From the NCBI RefSeq assembly GCF_001194135.2, contig NC_068991.1, positions 41,285,540 through 41,349,539 on the forward strand: DNA of 64,000 bases. Reading direction: 5' to 3'. Shown here piece after piece: positions 59,526 through 64,000 of the stretch. The notes under the pieces are model-generated. The model searched no databases, was not told where the DNA came from, and saw only the letters and a program-made list of their open reading frames with translations. Source of the stretch: Octopus bimaculoides (lineage: Eukaryota). Numbering within the stretch: position 1 is the first letter of the stretch; each line of letters starts with the position of its first letter. The position numbers and the translations under genes are program-made.

Positions 59526-60899
59526 CTGGAAAGATGTGATACAATAATATATGGCATGATATAAAAAATATTATAATGTCACAGGATGTACATATACTTT
59601 ATGGCATTACACCTGATATCCCCCCCTCCATATGCATGCACACATGTATATTATGACTCACATACTGTTCACTTTCCTGACTTTTGTACATAATTCTATG
59701 TACTGTATATGCACCTTTGATAAGTTGTAATGTACCTGAGCATTATACACAATAATTTCATTATTATTATTATTATGTTATTATTATTAATTCACTTGAC
59801 ACTTTTACTGGTCTCAGCCATGTGGCAAGGCCATGCTGGTACACCACCTCACATGTTTTTAAGTTGAAATTTTACCAACATCAAAAATTTACCTTTCAGC
59901 TCTTTGGGAGTTACATACTGGAACCCAGGATGATTGTGTTATTTGTACAATGCTCTAATCAACTGAGCTAACCAGGCCTATGCTGGCCATAGAGCCATTT
60001 AAAGGAAGTTTATTGGAGGATTTGTGAGAGTGTTGGACAAATACCTCTCAGTTATTGTTTGTATTCTTTGTGTTCAGAATTTGATTTCCTTGGTCAAAGG
60101 CAGTGACTTGGCAGAACAATTAGCATGCTGGGCAAAATGCTTAGTGGCATTTCGTCTATCTTTACATTTTGAGTTCAAATTTTGCCAAGGTCAACTTAGC
60201 CTTTCATTACTTCAGAGGTTGATAAAATAAGTACCAGTTGAACAATAGGGTTGATATAATTGACTAGCCCCTCCCACCAAACCTGCTGGCCTTGTGCCAA
60301 AATTTGAAACCAATATTTCTTTGGCAAATAAATAAAGTGCCAGCGAAGAACTGGAGTTGATTCATCTTTCTCTCTCTCCACTCCTTCCCTCTCTCAGAAT
60401 CCACCATGCAGCACTGTGGAAGAATTGTAAAGGAATATGCATAGAGCTCCTTCCCTCCAAGAAATCAAATAAGGTTGAAATAGGGGCTAGCAACCTTTTC
60501 TCAGCTAGCATGCTAGAAAAGCCATTAAAAAAAAAGCCAGTGCACAGGACTGATGTGTTATATAGTAGAGAATTATTAGCATTGTCATCACCATCATTGT
60601 TGCAACCACAACGCCACTGCCACTGCTGTTGTCACCATCACCACCACCACCACCATCATCAGTTTAAATTTACTGTCCATACTGGTATGGGCTGGATGGG
60701 ATTGCTGAATTCAAGCTAATGATTCTACTGAGGTTGACTTCATCCTTTTGGGTCCATAAAATGAGAACAAGCTGAACACTGGGATGGATCTAATCGACTT
60801 ATCCTTGTGTTAAAATTTGAAATCAATATTAACATAGATATTTTCATAAAAAAATTAAACTTAGAAAAAGAGAAATAATAATATATTAGGCTAAAATAC

Positions 60900-60993
60900 C
60901 TTGAAGTCCAAGCAGTTTGGGTGACTGTAAAGCAATTGCCAAGAGTAATAAATGTCTGGCATAGATTTCAAGACGGCTTTCCAGAATGTAAAA
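60900..60993 (-). CDS. DNAAF3: DNAAF3 exon (most 5' exon found in window)
   Basis: aaattctag|TTT...CAA G|gtattt, 94 nt; FYILESRLEIYARHLLLLAIALQSPKLLGLQ aligns to 'FFVLENNLEAVARHML...ALE.PEKMGLQ'. The 13 exons sum to 1203 nt (400 aa plus stop) without internal stops. Confidence 0.94.
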
Positions 60994-61654
60994 CTAGAAT
61001 TTAGAAAATAGAAACAAAACAAAATTAAATTTTTAGTCAATTCAAAGTAAAAAGTTATTAAAGAGACTGATTCCATTCTGGCTAAAGCGAGATGTTAAAA
61101 TGTAAAACAAATCTTAAGTGATAAACCTATCATTATGGCATAAATAAGTACCAGTTGAACACTGGGGTTGATGTTATCGATTTGACCCCCCTCCCCTGAA
61201 ATTGCAAGCCTTGTGCCAAAATTTGAAACTAATATTGTCTAGAATCGAATGGCCTTAGAGTTATGTTGATACCCTAGAACATACCATTAGGTTATTGATT
61301 ACAAACAAAACTGGATTTAAATTCAGAATTTCTTGAAAATGGGAAAATCATTTCCCATTGCTCTCTTAAAGCTCAAGAGATAATTTAGTCAGTCAGAAAA
61401 AATATGTATTAATAATTTTGTATCTGAGTGCAAGGCAGTGAGCTGGCAGAATTGTTAGTGAGCCAGGCAAAATGCTTTGCAGCATTTTGTACATCTTTAT
61501 GTTCTGAGTTCAAATGTTATCAAGGTTGACTTTGCCTTTCATCCTTCTGGAGTCGATAAAATAGGTACCAGTTGAACACTGGGGTTGATGTTATCGACTT
61601 GAACCCCTCCCCTGAAATTGCAAGCCTTGTGCCAAAATTTGAAACCAATATTGT

Positions 61655-63030
61655 CTAGAATTAGAGCCTTAGAGTTAACCTAGCAAAAACCAAAGTCGTA
61701 ATAAGTAGGAAGGCAGACAAATCACAAATCCCTTCAATAGATGGCTCTGCTCAATCTGTAGAAAAGGTGTAGGTAGAAACTCCATAAGATGAACCTGGCG
61801 TAAGCTTTCGATACGTAAAAGGTGCAGCAATATCAGAGGAAGGTTAACAGGGAAACTAGCTTTTGTATGTGGAAGATGCACAAGTACAATAAATGCTGAA
61901 AATGTGCAGAAAATAGATTCCATCAACTGCCAGGGGGATAAGCTAGAGGTAGTAGATAGCTTCCATTATCTAGGTGATCAAGTTAGTAGTGGAAGTGGAT
62001 GCTGTGAGAGTGTAGCTGTGAGAATAAGATTAGACTGAGCAAAGTTCAGAGAGCTTCTAGCCCTGCTGGCAACAAAGGGCCTCTCTCTCAGAGTGAAAGG
62101 TAGATTGTATGATGCCTGTATGCGAACAGCTATGCTACATGGCTGTGAATCATGGACTGTGACAGTTGAGGACATGCGTAAGCTTGAAAGAAATGAAGCC
62201 AGTATGCTTCGCTGGATGTGCAATGTCTGTGTGCATGTTTGACAGAGTGTAAGCATCATGAGAGAAAAGTTAGGTATAAGAGGCATCAAATGTGGTGTGC
62301 AAGAGAGATGACTATGCTGATATGGTCATGTGATACGAATGGACGAGGACAGCTGTGTAAAGAAGTGCCGATCTCTAACTGTGGAGGGAACCTGTGTTAA
62401 AGGTAGACCTAAGAAGGCATAGGATAAAGTGGTGAAGCATGATCTTCGAACTTTGAGCCTCACAGAGACAATGACTAGTGATCAAGATCTTTGGTGATAT
62501 GCTGTACTTGAGAAGACCCGTCAAGCCAAATGAAATTATAGTCATGGCTGATGTTGGTGTCATGTAACTAGCACCCATGCCAGTGGCATGTAAAGAGCAC
62601 TGTTGGAGTATTGGGCCTCACAGAGGTAAAGTGGTTAAGTTCCTTTCAAGCATTGGGCCTTATGGAGGTAAAAGTGGCTGAGTTACTTTCGAGTGCTGGG
62701 CTTCACAAAGGCAAAGTGGCTGAGTTCCTTTGAGTGTTGGGCCTCACAGAGGCAATGACTGAGACCTTTGACATTATGTCATGCTTGAGAAGAAGACCTA
62801 TTAAGACCTATTGCAGCCATGGCAGATACCGGTGTCATGCAAATGGCTTCCATGCCAATGGCATGTAAAAGCACCCATTACACTCTTGCAGTGGTTGGTG
62901 TTAGGAAAGGCATCCAGCTGTAGAAAACCATGCCAAATCAGACTGGAGTCTGGTGCAGCCTTCCAGCTTGCCAGCCCTGGTCAAACCATCCAACCTATGC
63001 CAGCATGGACAAATGATGATGATGATGATT
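61655..63030 (+). mobile_element. 5'-truncated RTE LINE with 3' UTR minisatellite and (GAT)n tail
   Basis: Closely parallels 25200-26670 (aacctagcaaaaaccaaagtc..., ctctctctcagagtgaaagg, tail aaatgatgatgatg). Confidence 0.88.
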
Positions 63031-63187
63031 GTGTCTGAACAAGTTGTGTGAATAAGCGATTGTTCACAATGGTACCTTGATAGACTGAATTATTGAGAGT
63101 TAGGAATTTCTGATTTGGTGTAGATTTGTTGCCTCCCTAATAACTTGTTGAACTCTAGCTCTGATATAGTGATACCACTCTCTCTCT

Positions 63188-63310
63188 CAGTGGTTCTCAA
63201 CTGGGGGTTCATATGACCCTTGTTGTTAAAATTTATGTACAATAAATTGCTTATAATTCTACAATACACAAAATATTGTATTTTTTCATATAATTCCTAA
63301 TAATATTATA
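63188..63310. mobile_element. Partial hAT MITE, same family as 8045-8295
   Basis: cagtggttctcaac...ttgttgttaaaatttatgt.caataaatt shared with the 8045 copy; right TIR absent. Confidence 0.7.
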
Positions 63311-63324
63311 ATAATCTATATATA

Positions 63325-63344
63325 TAAAAATGAGAATGTGTGTC

Positions 63345-63381
<37 letters not shown>

Positions 63382-63660
63382 CCCTAAAACTCGAGAACTA
63401 CACAACCAATTTCATTCAAATTTTACACGTGCCTTACTTAGGGTCCCAGTTGTGTTTTAGTCAAAAAAAAATGTTTAACTTCTTGCATAGTTCGAGCCCA
63501 CAGCAACATATCTCCTCCACTATTTAAGTATTACATGTCAAAAGTGAAACAAAAACACTCATGTCAAATACTTTCACTTTAAGAATGAAACTATTCCACT
63601 AACTCAAACAATCACATTTCGATACTATAATGTCAGATACTTTCACTTTAATGGTTTCAG
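63325..63660. mobile_element. Helentron/DINE-like repeat with (TG)n
   Basis: 'ctaaaactcgagaactacacaaccaatttcattcaaattttacac' core after (TG)n; family from recall. Confidence 0.4.
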
Positions 63661-64000
63661 AGAGAGAGATGTATATGTATACATATAGATGTATATGTAC
63701 ACGTATATGTATAGATATATATAGAGATATAGATCTATATGCATACATGTATATGTATACATATGTGTAGATGTATATATAGATGTACATGTAATATGTA
63801 CACATATATACATGCATACAGATATCTATACATATATACACTCACACACACACACATACACACAAACGCACACATTAGTCATTTGTTTTTTTTATCCAAA
63901 ACTACGTAAAAAGTACTGAATGGATCTTTATGAAATTTAGAAATTATATTCAATGCATAACGGCCATAACCACCATGAAAATTCATTTGATGTTGATGGA

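Overview
AT-rich, repeat-dense animal genomic DNA with seven assembly gaps. The repeat complement (tRNA-headed SINEs with (AAT)n/(CAA)n tails, RTE LINEs with (GAT)n tails) suggests an octopus/cephalopod genome; this is inference. Three spliced genes were reconstructed by hand from GT-AG boundaries with consistent phases. (1) The last five coding exons of an RMDN-family (RMDN2/3-like) TPR protein, + strand, 325-8635. (2) A four-exon COX20, - strand, 33558-21887, 103 aa. (3) The last 13 coding exons (400 aa) of DNAAF3, - strand, 60993-38745; its 5' exons lie beyond the window. The rest is mostly decayed transposons: RTE, CR1-like, CRE-like, R4/Dong-like, Penelope-like, Gypsy, Tc1/mariner, hAT, Merlin-like, ISL2EU-like, Helentron-like, plus SINEs and microsatellites. 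I see no convincing wholly new system. The best leads are two type-I hammerhead ribozyme motifs in COX20 intron 2 (one with an intact core, one with a G5A change and an upstream blocking hairpin), an AT-flanked TIR element encoding a SAP domain, an intact GG-terminated MITE with an 8-bp TSD, and several tandem splice sites with predictable isoform effects. Family assignments are from recall of motifs, not database searches, and TE boundaries are approximate unless TIR/TSD are stated.
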